Origin: Candidatus Sericytochromatia bacterium
Lineage (GTDB): Bacteria > Cyanobacteriota > Sericytochromatia > S15B-MN24 > UBA4093
Length of the DNA stretch: 64,000 nucleotides
Assembly: GCA_036676495.1 (NCBI GenBank)
Contig: JAKFCT010000080.1
Span: 64,001 to 128,000, forward strand
Reading direction: 5' to 3'
Positions 9,465 to 17,819 of the stretch are shown one piece after another. The notes below the pieces were generated by a model. That model was not told the origin of the DNA and did no database searches. It was given only the letters and a program-made list of their open reading frames with translations. Within the stretch, counting starts at the first letter, position 1, and every line of letters starts with the position of its first letter. The translations under genes were made by a program, and so were the position numbers.

Positions 9465-10577
9465 ATGCCAAGCACCCCCTTCCACGATGCTGAAACGATC
9501 ATCGGGGCGACCTTCGGTGAGTTCTCGGGCTGGCAACTGCCCCGTCACTTCGCGTCCCTCGAGGACGAGGTGGCCCGGGCCCGCCGGGCCGGCGGGATCG
9601 TCGACCTCTCGAACTGGAGCAAGCTCAAGATCTCGGGAGCGGACGCCGCGACCTTCCTTCACAACTACACCTCCCAGAACATCAAGGCCCTCGCCGAGAA
9701 GGAGGGCCTCCAGACGGCCGTCACCACCTGGAAGGGCACGATGCTCGACCATGTCTTCGTCTACCGCCTCGAAGACGGCCTGCGCGTGATCGGACACCCC
9801 GAGACGGCCCCGCTGATCCGCAAGGCGCTGGAGAAGTACCTCTTCGGCGTGGACGTGGAGATCGAGGACGTCACCGAGGCGCGCGGCTTGCTCTACGTCT
9901 TCGGCCCCCATGCCGCCGCGATCCTGGACGCGGCCGGAGACGAGAAGGTCTCGGAGCTGCCCATGCACGCCTTCCACCTGGTGGACCTCGACGGCTCCGA
10001 CTCCCTGATTGCCCGCACCTGGCCCCTGGGCGGAGACGGCTTCCTCGTCCTGATCCCCGCAGAGCAGGCGGTCGAGGCCTTCGAGGCCATCCGCAAGGCC
10101 GCCGAACCCTTCGAGACCCCCTTCATCGGGATGGAAGCCTACGAGATCCTGCGCATCGAGGAAGGAATCCCCTCCTTCCCCCAGGAGATCAACGAGGATC
10201 GCAACCCCTGGGAGGTGCGGCTCGCCGACTCGGTCTCGATGAACAAGGGCTGCTACCTCGGCCAGGAAGTCATCGCGCGGCTGGCCAACTACCAGAAGGT
10301 CCAGCGCCACCTGGTCGGCCTGCGCCTGAGCCGGCCCGTGGAGGCGGGCCTCTCCCTCCTGGACGAGAACGGCAAGGCCGTCGGCCAACTCACCAGCGTG
10401 GCGTTCGCTCCGGATGCCGACCATCCCGTGGCCCTGGGCTTCGTCAAGACGACCTGGGCCGCGCCGGGCCAAACCCTGAAGGTCGCTTCCGGCGAGATCG
10501 CCGTGGAGGCCGAGGTGCGCGACTTGCCGTTCTGGCGCGACGCGGCGGGCGGAGGCGTCACGCCGCGCCACTCCTGA
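9465..10577 (+). CDS. ygfZ: Folate-binding YgfZ/GcvT family protein (Fe-S cluster maturation)
   Basis: GcvT-like N-terminus plus the YgfZ/Iba57 signature KGCYLGQE. Confidence 0.85.
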   Translation: MPSTPFHDAETIIGATFGEFSGWQLPRHFASLEDEVARARRAGGIVDLSNWSKLKISGADAATFLHNYTSQNIKALAEKEGLQTAVTTWKGTMLDHVFVYRLEDGLRVIGHPETAPLIRKALEKYLFGVDVEIEDVTEARGLLYVFGPHAAAILDAAGDEKVSELPMHAFHLVDLDGSDSLIARTWPLGGDGFLVLIPAEQAVEAFEAIRKAAEPFETPFIGMEAYEILRIEEGIPSFPQEINEDRNPWEVRLADSVSMNKGCYLGQEVIARLANYQKVQRHLVGLRLSRPVEAGLSLLDENGKAVGQLTSVAFAPDADHPVALGFVKTTWAAPGQTLKVASGEIAVEAEVRDLPFWRDAAGGGVTPRHS

Positions 10578-10617
10578 CGCCAGGCCCCGGGCCCGCGCTA
10601 TTTGCCTTGCTCTCACC

Positions 10618-10646
10618 TTGATCCGGGCCCCGGCCGGGGCTAAGAT
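10618..10646 (+). promoter_or_regulatory. Sigma70-type promoter for the YHS gene
   Basis: TTGATC-N17-TAAGAT. The spacer contains the palindrome GCCCCGGCCGGGGC. Confidence 0.55.
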
Positions 10647-10675
10647 CTTTTCAAAGTGTAGAGAGGGGGCTGCTC

Positions 10676-10870
10676 ATGGCGGATGTCTTCTGCGAAGTCT
10701 GTGAACAACGGCTGCCGATCGAGACGACGCACCGAGCGTCGGACTTCATGGGGCATACGTACTTCTTCTGTTCGCTCGAAGATCAGGAGAAGTTCCTGGC
10801 CAACCCGGATACGTACATCAAGCGGGACAAGGAAACGCAGCAGCAAGTCTCAGGCAATCTCGAACGTTAG
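10676..10870 (+). CDS. Small YHS/TRASH-domain protein (putative metal binding)
   Basis: CEVC...FMGHTYFFCSLEDQEKFLANPDTY; purine-rich RBS. Confidence 0.8.
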   Translation: MADVFCEVCEQRLPIETTHRASDFMGHTYFFCSLEDQEKFLANPDTYIKRDKETQQQVSGNLER

Positions 10871-10881
10871 TCGCAAGCAAT

Positions 10882-10923
10882 CTCGGAGGCCCCCGCCGAG
10901 AGGCCGGGGCCTCCGAGTCTTTC
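10882..10923 (+). terminator. Probable intrinsic terminator
   Basis: CTCGGAGGCCCC...GGGGCCTCCGAG followed by TCTTT. Confidence 0.55.
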
Positions 10924-10944
10924 CGGAAGGATTCCAAGGATTCC

Positions 10945-11319
10945 ATGAAACACCGTATCATCTGGTTCACCGAGTTGATGGAAGGCGTTCCCGTCGTCAG
11001 GGGGCAGCGCGAGGAAGATACCCTCGCCGCCTGGGATCTCGCCGAGGCCTTCCGCCTCGAGTTCGGGATCAACCTCGAGGCCTTCGTGCCGGTCGTGGAC
11101 GCTCCCGACGAGATCGCGCCCGAGGACCTGCCCCAGCCCGAGCGCGCCCTGGAGGTCGTTTCCGCCGAGAGCCTGGAGGCGATGCGTCCGGAGACCTACA
11201 AGATCAAGGACCGCCACGGCATGCCGCGCGAGGTCAAGGGCGCCGATCTCGCGTCCTGGCTGGAGGGCTACCGGGAACTCTGGCAGCAGGGCTTCATGGT
11301 GGTGAGGACGGGCAGCTAG
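10945..11319 (+). CDS. Hypothetical acidic protein (124 aa)
   Basis: AAGGA RBS and GC3-rich codons; no family recognised. Confidence 0.7.
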   Translation: MKHRIIWFTELMEGVPVVRGQREEDTLAAWDLAEAFRLEFGINLEAFVPVVDAPDEIAPEDLPQPERALEVVSAESLEAMRPETYKIKDRHGMPREVKGADLASWLEGYRELWQQGFMVVRTGS

Positions 11320-11320
11320 A

Positions 11321-12766
11321 TCAACCGTCCGTGCGGAGCGCGCCCAAGTGGCGCGCCAGCTCTCGCTTCGCCGTCGGGCTCAGGGGCAAGAACCGGACTC
11401 CGAGCCGCAGGTGATCCGGCGCGGCTTTCGCGCATGACGCCACGACTCCGGGAAGCCAGACCGGGCCGCTTTCCGCCGACTCGAGCGACAGCAGGATCGG
11501 CGTGCCGACGGCGAGAGCACGGCGGGTCGCCACGCTCGCGCCCCCGAGGCTCAGGTCGGCGATCTGTGCCGCCTGCGTCTCCTCGGTGCCGACCCGGGCA
11601 ATCTGGGCGGGGATCTGGACGGGCAGCCGCGGGTGCAGCCGGGGCATGAGCTGCTTGACGATCTCCGGGCTTCCCGGCTGGCCGAGGTCGAGGAAGCCCT
11701 CGCCGCTGCCGAGGTGGACGATCGGGTGCTCGGGATCGCTTCCTTGCCGGATGACATGCCCGATCTTTCCGGAGGCCAACAGCAGCAGGCTCTGGTTGGG
11801 GTAGGGGACGATCACGCGCCGGAACGCGTCGATCACCTGGGGATCGAAGGCCTCTCCCGAGAGGGAGAGGATTTCCCGGTACGCTTCTCCCGACAGGCGG
11901 CGGGCCCGATAGGGCCGGTCCGTCGTCATGGTCTCGTAGGCGTCCGCGACCGCCAGGATGCGCGCCGCCAGCGGGATCTTGTGCTTTTTCAGGCCACGGG
12001 GGTAGCCCGTGCCGTCCCAGCGCTCATGGTGACATTGAACGGCGGCGATCACCTCGCCTCCCAGCCCCAGCGCGCTGGCCCGATGCCCCAGCAGGGCGTC
12101 GACCCCGAACTCGACATGGCGTTCGAGGACGCGCCGCTCGGCGGACGTCAGCTGATCCGACTTGTTCACCAGCCGCGGATCCAGGCTGTGCTTGCCGATG
12201 TCGTGAAGCATGGCCGCTTGCCCCAGCCGCACCAGTTGCTCGTGGGAACGGTTCATGGCCATGCCGATCCGGATGGAGAACATGGCGACATTGAGGGGAT
12301 GGGCGGATTCCCCTCCGCCGTAGACCCGCAGTGCCTGGTAGGAGGGAAGATCCAGCTGCCGCAGGCGCTGGATGATCGTCTTGACGGCGGCCAGGACCAT
12401 GGCCAGCGACGGGGTGCCGCCTCCGTCCGAGGTCAGGAAGGTTTGGATACTCTTGTCGAACGTCGGCTCAAGGTCGCGCCGGGGGGTGGGGATGGCGTGC
12501 GGCAGCGCCGGGACGGGGGGCGGCGGCGCCGCGGCCGGACGGGGAGCCGCCTTCAGGCATTCGAGCGTCTCCGCTTCCAGACCGAGCTTCCGGATCCGGT
12601 TGACCAGCTGGTCGGTGAGGACGGCTCCGGCCGGCAGGAAGGTCTGGCCCGAGGTCGGGTGCAGGAGCGGGCGATTCAGGGTCTGTCCGCTTTCCAGGCT
12701 GAAGATGAGCGGAGTGCTCTCCTCGGTGTCGAAGGGAGCCTCGAGCGGGGATCCGGCGCGCGTCAT
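11321..12766 (-). CDS. HD-GYP phosphodiesterase with C-terminal PilZ domain
   Basis: LHDIGK, HHERWDGTGYP, AVADAY..DRPYR. PilZ motifs RLHPR and DLSLGG. Confidence 0.88.
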   Translation of the reverse strand: MTRAGSPLEAPFDTEESTPLIFSLESGQTLNRPLLHPTSGQTFLPAGAVLTDQLVNRIRKLGLEAETLECLKAAPRPAAAPPPPVPALPHAIPTPRRDLEPTFDKSIQTFLTSDGGGTPSLAMVLAAVKTIIQRLRQLDLPSYQALRVYGGGESAHPLNVAMFSIRIGMAMNRSHEQLVRLGQAAMLHDIGKHSLDPRLVNKSDQLTSAERRVLERHVEFGVDALLGHRASALGLGGEVIAAVQCHHERWDGTGYPRGLKKHKIPLAARILAVADAYETMTTDRPYRARRLSGEAYREILSLSGEAFDPQVIDAFRRVIVPYPNQSLLLLASGKIGHVIRQGSDPEHPIVHLGSGEGFLDLGQPGSPEIVKQLMPRLHPRLPVQIPAQIARVGTEETQAAQIADLSLGGASVATRRALAVGTPILLSLESAESGPVWLPGVVASCAKAAPDHLRLGVRFLPLSPTAKRELARHLGALRTDG

Positions 12767-13599
12767 CGGGAGGTCGGCCCCTGCGAGAGCCAGCGCTGGG
12801 TGAAAACGTCGGCCGGGACGGGATGACCGATCCAGTGGCCCTGGAGCGTGTCGAAGCCCGCTTCAACCAGCTTCTCGAGGGTCTCTGCACTCTCCACCCC
12901 GGTGGCGATCGCCTGGCAGCCCAGGGCATGGGCCATGGTGCGGAGGGCTTCCGCGATGGCGCGGTCGACCGGGTTCGTCACGAAGCCTCTCACGTAGGAA
13001 CCATCGATTTTCAGGCTGTCGATCGGAAGCGCCCTCAGTCGGCGCAGGGTGGAGTGGCCGTGCCCGAAGCTGTCGAGGCCGATGCGGATGCCCATGTCGC
13101 GCAAGGCCTGGAGCATCCGGGCGGCGTGATTGAGATCCTCGAGAATCTCGCTTTCGGTCAGCTCGAGTTCGAGGCACTCCGGGGGCATGGCCCATGCCTT
13201 GAGCAGGGCGGCGACGCGCTGGGGGAACTTGGGGTCCTGGAGGCAGACGGGTGAGAGGTTGACCGAGATCCGCAAGGGGCGGCTCGTTCGGTGCCATTGC
13301 TGGCCTTGCCGTAGCGCCTGGTTGAGGACCTCGAGGGTGAGCGCGTGAATCAAGCCGCTTTGTTCGGCCAGCGGGATCAGGGACGCCGGAGGAATCGGTC
13401 CGATTTCGGGGGCGTGCCAGCGCAGCAGGGCCTCGGTGCCGATCAGGCGCATGGTCGTGGCATCGACGAGGGGTTGAAAGTGAAGGGTGAGCTCCTCGCG
13501 GACGATGGCGCGGCGCAGACGCGCCGCGAGCGGGTCGTTGCGCAGCATGTCGAAGGAGCCTTCACTAGCGAGGAGGCGCTCCGAGAGAGGGGCGGCCAT
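12763..13599 (-). CDS. Stand-alone EAL-domain protein with degenerate motifs; start uncertain (13548, 13599 or 13755)
   Basis: HFQPLV, TEALLRW, SVNLSP, LELTES, LDSFGHGHST, LKIDGS, ATGVE, LQGHW. ATGA overlap with the HD-GYP gene. Confidence 0.85.
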   Translation of the reverse strand: MAAPLSERLLASEGSFDMLRNDPLAARLRRAIVREELTLHFQPLVDATTMRLIGTEALLRWHAPEIGPIPPASLIPLAEQSGLIHALTLEVLNQALRQGQQWHRTSRPLRISVNLSPVCLQDPKFPQRVAALLKAWAMPPECLELELTESEILEDLNHAARMLQALRDMGIRIGLDSFGHGHSTLRRLRALPIDSLKIDGSYVRGFVTNPVDRAIAEALRTMAHALGCQAIATGVESAETLEKLVEAGFDTLQGHWIGHPVPADVFTQRWLSQGPTSR

Positions 13600-13804
13600 C
13601 GGGCGCTGGGGGCGGTGCCGACGGCCATGCGTCCGACTGAACGGGCCGGGGCCTGCTACCACGCTGTCGATACGGGGCGGGGGATCCCCGGCAGAGCCTC
13701 GGTTTGACACGGGCGCACTCCTTGCGGGTGTGACGTTCGGGCGTTCCGCCCCCATGGTAGGCGCCAGGGCTTGCGGTTGAGGAGGGGGCTTTTCCCTGTT
13801 CGGG

Positions 13805-13822
13805 TTAGGGGGAATTACCTAA
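13805..13822. promoter_or_regulatory. Inverted repeat TTAGG-N8-CCTAA, candidate regulator site upstream of the EAL/HD-GYP operon
   Basis: TTAGGgggaattaCCTAA in an AT-richer intergenic patch. Confidence 0.3.
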
Positions 13823-13915
13823 ACATGGGAATGAACGGGTGCTATTGGGTTGAAGATAGCGTGAGCATGCCCCACCCCCTCCGTGAGGAGGCGGGGCGTC
13901 CGCGGGATGCGCAGG

Positions 13916-14527
13916 CTAGAGCAGGCCGAGGGCTTGGCAGACGTTGACGGCCTGGATGCGGTTGTTGACCTTGAGCTTCTCGTAGATGCGCGTGAGGTGG
14001 TTCTGCACGGTCTTCTCGCTCAGGACGAGGCGGGAGGCGATTTCGCGGTTCTCGAGGCCCAGGGCCACCAGCCCCATGATTTCGGTTTCACGAGGGGAGA
14101 GGGCCTCGACACTCGGGGAGGCGGCGACTCTCGGCGCGTTCGTCGCGGCGCGGCGCGCCAGAGCCCGCTCGAGGACCTGGTTGAGATGCTCGAGGTCGTG
14201 AAGGGGCTTCTCGAGGAAGTCGAAGGCTCGGCCTTCGCGCAAGGTGGCGATCGCGTCCTGCATGGTGCCTTGACCGGTCAGGATGATGACCATGATCGTC
14301 GGATCCAGGGCCTTCAACATGGCGAGCAGCTGCAGGCCGGTGACTCCCGGCATGTGGAGGTCCGAGATCGCGAGGTCGAAGCGGTGCTCCTTCGCCAGGG
14401 CGATCGCCTCCATCCCGCTCGTGGCCGTCCGGACCTGGTAGCCGGAAAGGGTGAGCCACTCGCTCAAGACGTCGAGCACGTCCGTTTCATCATCTACGAG
14501 CAGGACCTTGGCGCTCGTGGGCTGCAA
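13916..14527 (-). CDS. NarL/LuxR-family response regulator
   Basis: REC domain (LLVDDE, SDLHMPG, EKP) plus LuxR HTH LSPRETEI...LSEKTVQNHLTRIYEKL. Confidence 0.92.
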   Translation of the reverse strand: MQPTSAKVLLVDDETDVLDVLSEWLTLSGYQVRTATSGMEAIALAKEHRFDLAISDLHMPGVTGLQLLAMLKALDPTIMVIILTGQGTMQDAIATLREGRAFDFLEKPLHDLEHLNQVLERALARRAATNAPRVAASPSVEALSPRETEIMGLVALGLENREIASRLVLSEKTVQNHLTRIYEKLKVNNRIQAVNVCQALGLL

Positions 14528-14661
14528 TGGGGGCGTCTCCTGTGTGAAGGGCTCCCGGCCCCGTGCCGGGAATGGTTGTCGAAATCTAAAGAATTAGTGA
14601 ATTTCTGCTTGGGAGTCAAGTATAACTGATTCATGGTAAGAAAGAACCATGGGAGTGGCAG

Positions 14662-15039
14662 ATGACGCGCAAGCTGGTCTTGATAATCGATGACGATCCG
14701 GATATCCGCGACCTGGTGCGGATGAGCCTCGAGACCGTGACAGGCTGGACGGTCCTGGTGGCCGCATCGGGCGCGCAGGGAGTCCAGACGGCGCGGGAGC
14801 GGAGCCCCGATGCCATCCTGCTCGACGTGAGGATGCCGGGCCTGGATGGGCCTTCCACTTTCCAGGCGCTCCGAGAGCATGCCGTCACGCGGGACATCCC
14901 CGTGGTCCTGCTGACCGCCAATCCGCAGGCCGACGAGCGCTACCGGGCCTCGCTGAGGCTTTCGGGCATGATCGTGAAGCCGTTCGACCCCTTTGCGCTC
15001 CCCCACCGCATGGCCGACCTCTTGGACTGGACCATATGA
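14662..15039 (+). CDS. Single-domain response regulator
   Basis: LIIDDD, LLDVRMPGLDG, LTA, VKPF; 125 aa. Confidence 0.9.
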   Translation: MTRKLVLIIDDDPDIRDLVRMSLETVTGWTVLVAASGAQGVQTARERSPDAILLDVRMPGLDGPSTFQALREHAVTRDIPVVLLTANPQADERYRASLRLSGMIVKPFDPFALPHRMADLLDWTI

Positions 15040-17078
15040 TGCCCTGGGCGCTGGTCTCTGGGTTACTGGGAGTCACCGCCGCGGTGCCGCTCGTCATCTT
15101 GCTCAGCGAGCGCAAGCGGGTCCGGCGGGAGCTGGCCGAGAACCAGCAGATCATCGAGAGCGCCTTCGCCTCCTCGGCGAGCGGCATGGCCTTGCTGGAT
15201 CTCTCGGGCCGCTGGCATCGGGTCAACCGGGCGCTTTGCGAGATGACGGGGTATCCCGAGCAGGAGTTGCGAAAGCAGAGCTACCTGGACCTCACCTATC
15301 CGGACGACCTGAACGTCTCGCAGGCGCAGTTCCAGCGCCTGGTCGCCGGGGAGATCGACAGCTACCAGCTTCAGAAGCGCTACGTTCACCGCAGCGGCCA
15401 TTTGTTCTGGGCCTTGCTGACCAATTCGCTGGTCCGGGACGAGCGGGGAGTCCCGCGCTACTGCGTGGTGCATGTCCAGGAGATCACGGCCCTCAAGGAA
15501 GAGCACGACGCGCTCGCGCTGCGGGAGCGTCAGATGGCGAAGGCGCAGGAGCTGGCCCGCCTGGTGAGCTGGGACTGGGATCTGCGTTCGGGAGTGATCA
15601 CCTGGTCCGAGGCGCTCTTCCGGATCTTCGGCGTGGATCCCGCGGACTTCGTGCCGCGATTCGAGACGTACCTGGAGTTCGTGCATCCCGAGGACCGGGA
15701 GCTGATCCAGGGGGCGGTCGAGCGGGCCCAGCGCGATCACCGGTCGTTTTCCATCGAGCAGCGGATCCGGCGCCGGAACGGCGAGCAGCGGATCCTGCAC
15801 GTCCGCGGCGAGGCGGTGGTCGGGCCGCAGGGCCAGGCCGTGCGCTTGCGGGGCTCGGCGCAGGACGTCACCGAGAGCCGGCGGGAGATGGATGCGATCT
15901 TCCGGCAGGCCGAGGAGTTCCGCGAGGCCAGCGCGGTCCTGCAGCGGAGGATGGCGGAGCGCGACCGGGAGCTTGCGGCGCGCGACCAGATGTTCCAGCG
16001 GATCGTCCATCATGTGCCGGCGGCGATCGTCTACTTCGACCGGACGTTCTCCTGCCAGTGGATGAGTCCGGAGGCCCTGGCGCGCTTCGGGATCGCCCCC
16101 GAGGCCGTGAGCCGCCTGGAGGCCGAGGAGGTTCCGCTCTTCGGCCAGAGCGCCTCCCGCTTCGCGGCCGTGATGGCCGGAGCCGAGCCCTACCGCGAGA
16201 CGGGCGTCCCCCTGATGCTGGTGCAGGAGGGCCAAGAGCATCTCACGCACTGGGATATCACGCTGATTCCGTGCCGCGATCCCGAGGGAGAGCCCGAAGG
16301 CCTGCTGGCGTTCGCCCGCGACGTCACCGATCGCCTCGAGAGCCTGAAGTGGCAGGAGCAGCAGATCAAGACCCTCGAGCTCTCCGAGGCCTTCAAGGAC
16401 CACTTCCTCAACTCCCTCTCCCATGAGATCCGCTCTCCCTTGACGGTCATCCTGGGAGTCGCGCTCTTGTTCCAGGGAGAGTCGCTGGGCCCGCTCACCG
16501 ACAAGCAGCGCAGCTTCATCGGGAAGCTGCTCCGGAGCGGGCGGGAGCTGCTGAGGCTCGTCAACAACGTGCTCGAGACCAATCTCGTGCGGTCGGGCCG
16601 GCTCGAACTCCTGACGGAGCCTGTCGCCATGGAGGCGCTGATCCGCGAGGCGATCGCCGAGTTCGGGGAAGCCGTGAGCCAGAAGGGCCAGCAGGTCTCC
16701 GTCGAGGTGGAGGGCGATCTGCCGCGGGTGATGGCCGATCGGAGGCGCCTCGCGCAGGTCTGGCTCAACCTCGTCGCCAACGCCGTCCAGTATGCTCCCG
16801 AGGGGGCGCGCATCATCGTGCGGGCCTGGAGGGACGCGGATCGGCTCTGCTGCGAGGTTTTCAACACGGAGAGCGAGATCCCGCCGTCGAAGCTTCCGGA
16901 CTTGTTCTCGGCCCTCGACCATCCGGTGAGGGAGCTGCAGGGACTGGGCCTCGGTCTTGGGCTCAGCAAGGCGCTGGTCGAGGCGCACGGGGGCCGCATC
17001 GGGGCCGAGAGCGGGGCCGAGGGGGTCACGCTCAGGTTCTCCCTGCCGATGGACTCCGCGATCCCCGAAACCGTCTAG
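15036..17078 (+). CDS. Multi-PAS sensor histidine kinase with N-terminal TM helix
   Basis: Three PAS-like segments. H-box SHEIRSPL, N-box NLVANAVQY, G2 GLGLGLS. G1 is degenerate (NTESE). Confidence 0.88.
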   Translation: MMPWALVSGLLGVTAAVPLVILLSERKRVRRELAENQQIIESAFASSASGMALLDLSGRWHRVNRALCEMTGYPEQELRKQSYLDLTYPDDLNVSQAQFQRLVAGEIDSYQLQKRYVHRSGHLFWALLTNSLVRDERGVPRYCVVHVQEITALKEEHDALALRERQMAKAQELARLVSWDWDLRSGVITWSEALFRIFGVDPADFVPRFETYLEFVHPEDRELIQGAVERAQRDHRSFSIEQRIRRRNGEQRILHVRGEAVVGPQGQAVRLRGSAQDVTESRREMDAIFRQAEEFREASAVLQRRMAERDRELAARDQMFQRIVHHVPAAIVYFDRTFSCQWMSPEALARFGIAPEAVSRLEAEEVPLFGQSASRFAAVMAGAEPYRETGVPLMLVQEGQEHLTHWDITLIPCRDPEGEPEGLLAFARDVTDRLESLKWQEQQIKTLELSEAFKDHFLNSLSHEIRSPLTVILGVALLFQGESLGPLTDKQRSFIGKLLRSGRELLRLVNNVLETNLVRSGRLELLTEPVAMEALIREAIAEFGEAVSQKGQQVSVEVEGDLPRVMADRRRLAQVWLNLVANAVQYAPEGARIIVRAWRDADRLCCEVFNTESEIPPSKLPDLFSALDHPVRELQGLGLGLGLSKALVEAHGGRIGAESGAEGVTLRFSLPMDSAIPETV

Positions 17079-17425
17079 GTCGCTTCGAGGGCTTCGAGGG
17101 CCTCGGCCAGCCGTGCCTCGAGCTCGGCGAGGAGGAGGGCGATCGTTTCGCGCTCCCCATGCTGGGCGGCGGCTTCGAGGGAGCTTCCGATCCGGCTCAG
17201 CTCCGGAAAGCCGTAGGCGCCCCCGGATCCTGCCAGGCGATGCCCGAGATCCTGGATCGTTTCGAGCGCGTCGCGCCGGAGGGCGTCGCGCAGCGTCTCG
17301 AGGTCTTGCCGGCGCTTGAGAAGGTAGCCGGGGATCAGCTTCGTGACGGCCTCCTCGAAGGCCTGTTCAGCGTCGTCCTCGGGTCGCGGGAGCTGGCGGC
17401 GGGCGGGCGGGTGATGGGGGGTCAT
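17075..17425 (-). CDS. Stand-alone Hpt (histidine phosphotransfer) protein
   Basis: GHRLAGSGGAYGFPELSRIGSSLE; GAGGAGG RBS. Confidence 0.85.
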   Translation of the reverse strand: MTPHHPPARRQLPRPEDDAEQAFEEAVTKLIPGYLLKRRQDLETLRDALRRDALETIQDLGHRLAGSGGAYGFPELSRIGSSLEAAAQHGERETIALLLAELEARLAEALEALEAT

Positions 17426-17703
17426 GGCGCCTCCTCGTCAGGATGGGCCGGAGGTTCTCCGGAGTCGCTGAGTCGATGCCCTGCTCGGCAGGCATATGCT
17501 TGTACCCGCCCCCGCGGCCGCGAAACGGCGGGCGGCGGCCGGGACCATGATCCCCCCTCACGAGGCGATCGAGTAATACGTTCTCCGCGTCCCGAGGTCA
17601 AACCTTGCTTGGCCCGATCGAGGCCGCGCGGGGCGCCGTTCTCGCTTGCCGTTCGAGCGTGCGTCAGGGCGTCCGAGCGAGGCTTGGAGCAATGAAGCGA
17701 CGA

Positions 17704-17732
17704 TTGCAGCCCCCCGTTCGCATGACTAGACT
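17704..17732 (+). promoter_or_regulatory. Sigma70-type promoter of the Tyr-rich lipoprotein gene
   Basis: TTGCAG-N17-TAGACT. Confidence 0.5.
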
Positions 17733-17819
17733 CCTCTCAGCAGAGCAAGAGCGAGCCCTTGAAATGCTGGCCGAGCGCCCGCAATTGTCGCCGGGCTCCC
17801 CTGCTGAGGAGGAAAGAAC

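Noticed and set aside
10627-10640. Palindrome in the YHS promoter spacer as a CueR/MerR operator
   Set aside because: The spacer is 17 bp rather than about 19, and an all-GC palindrome is likely by chance here.
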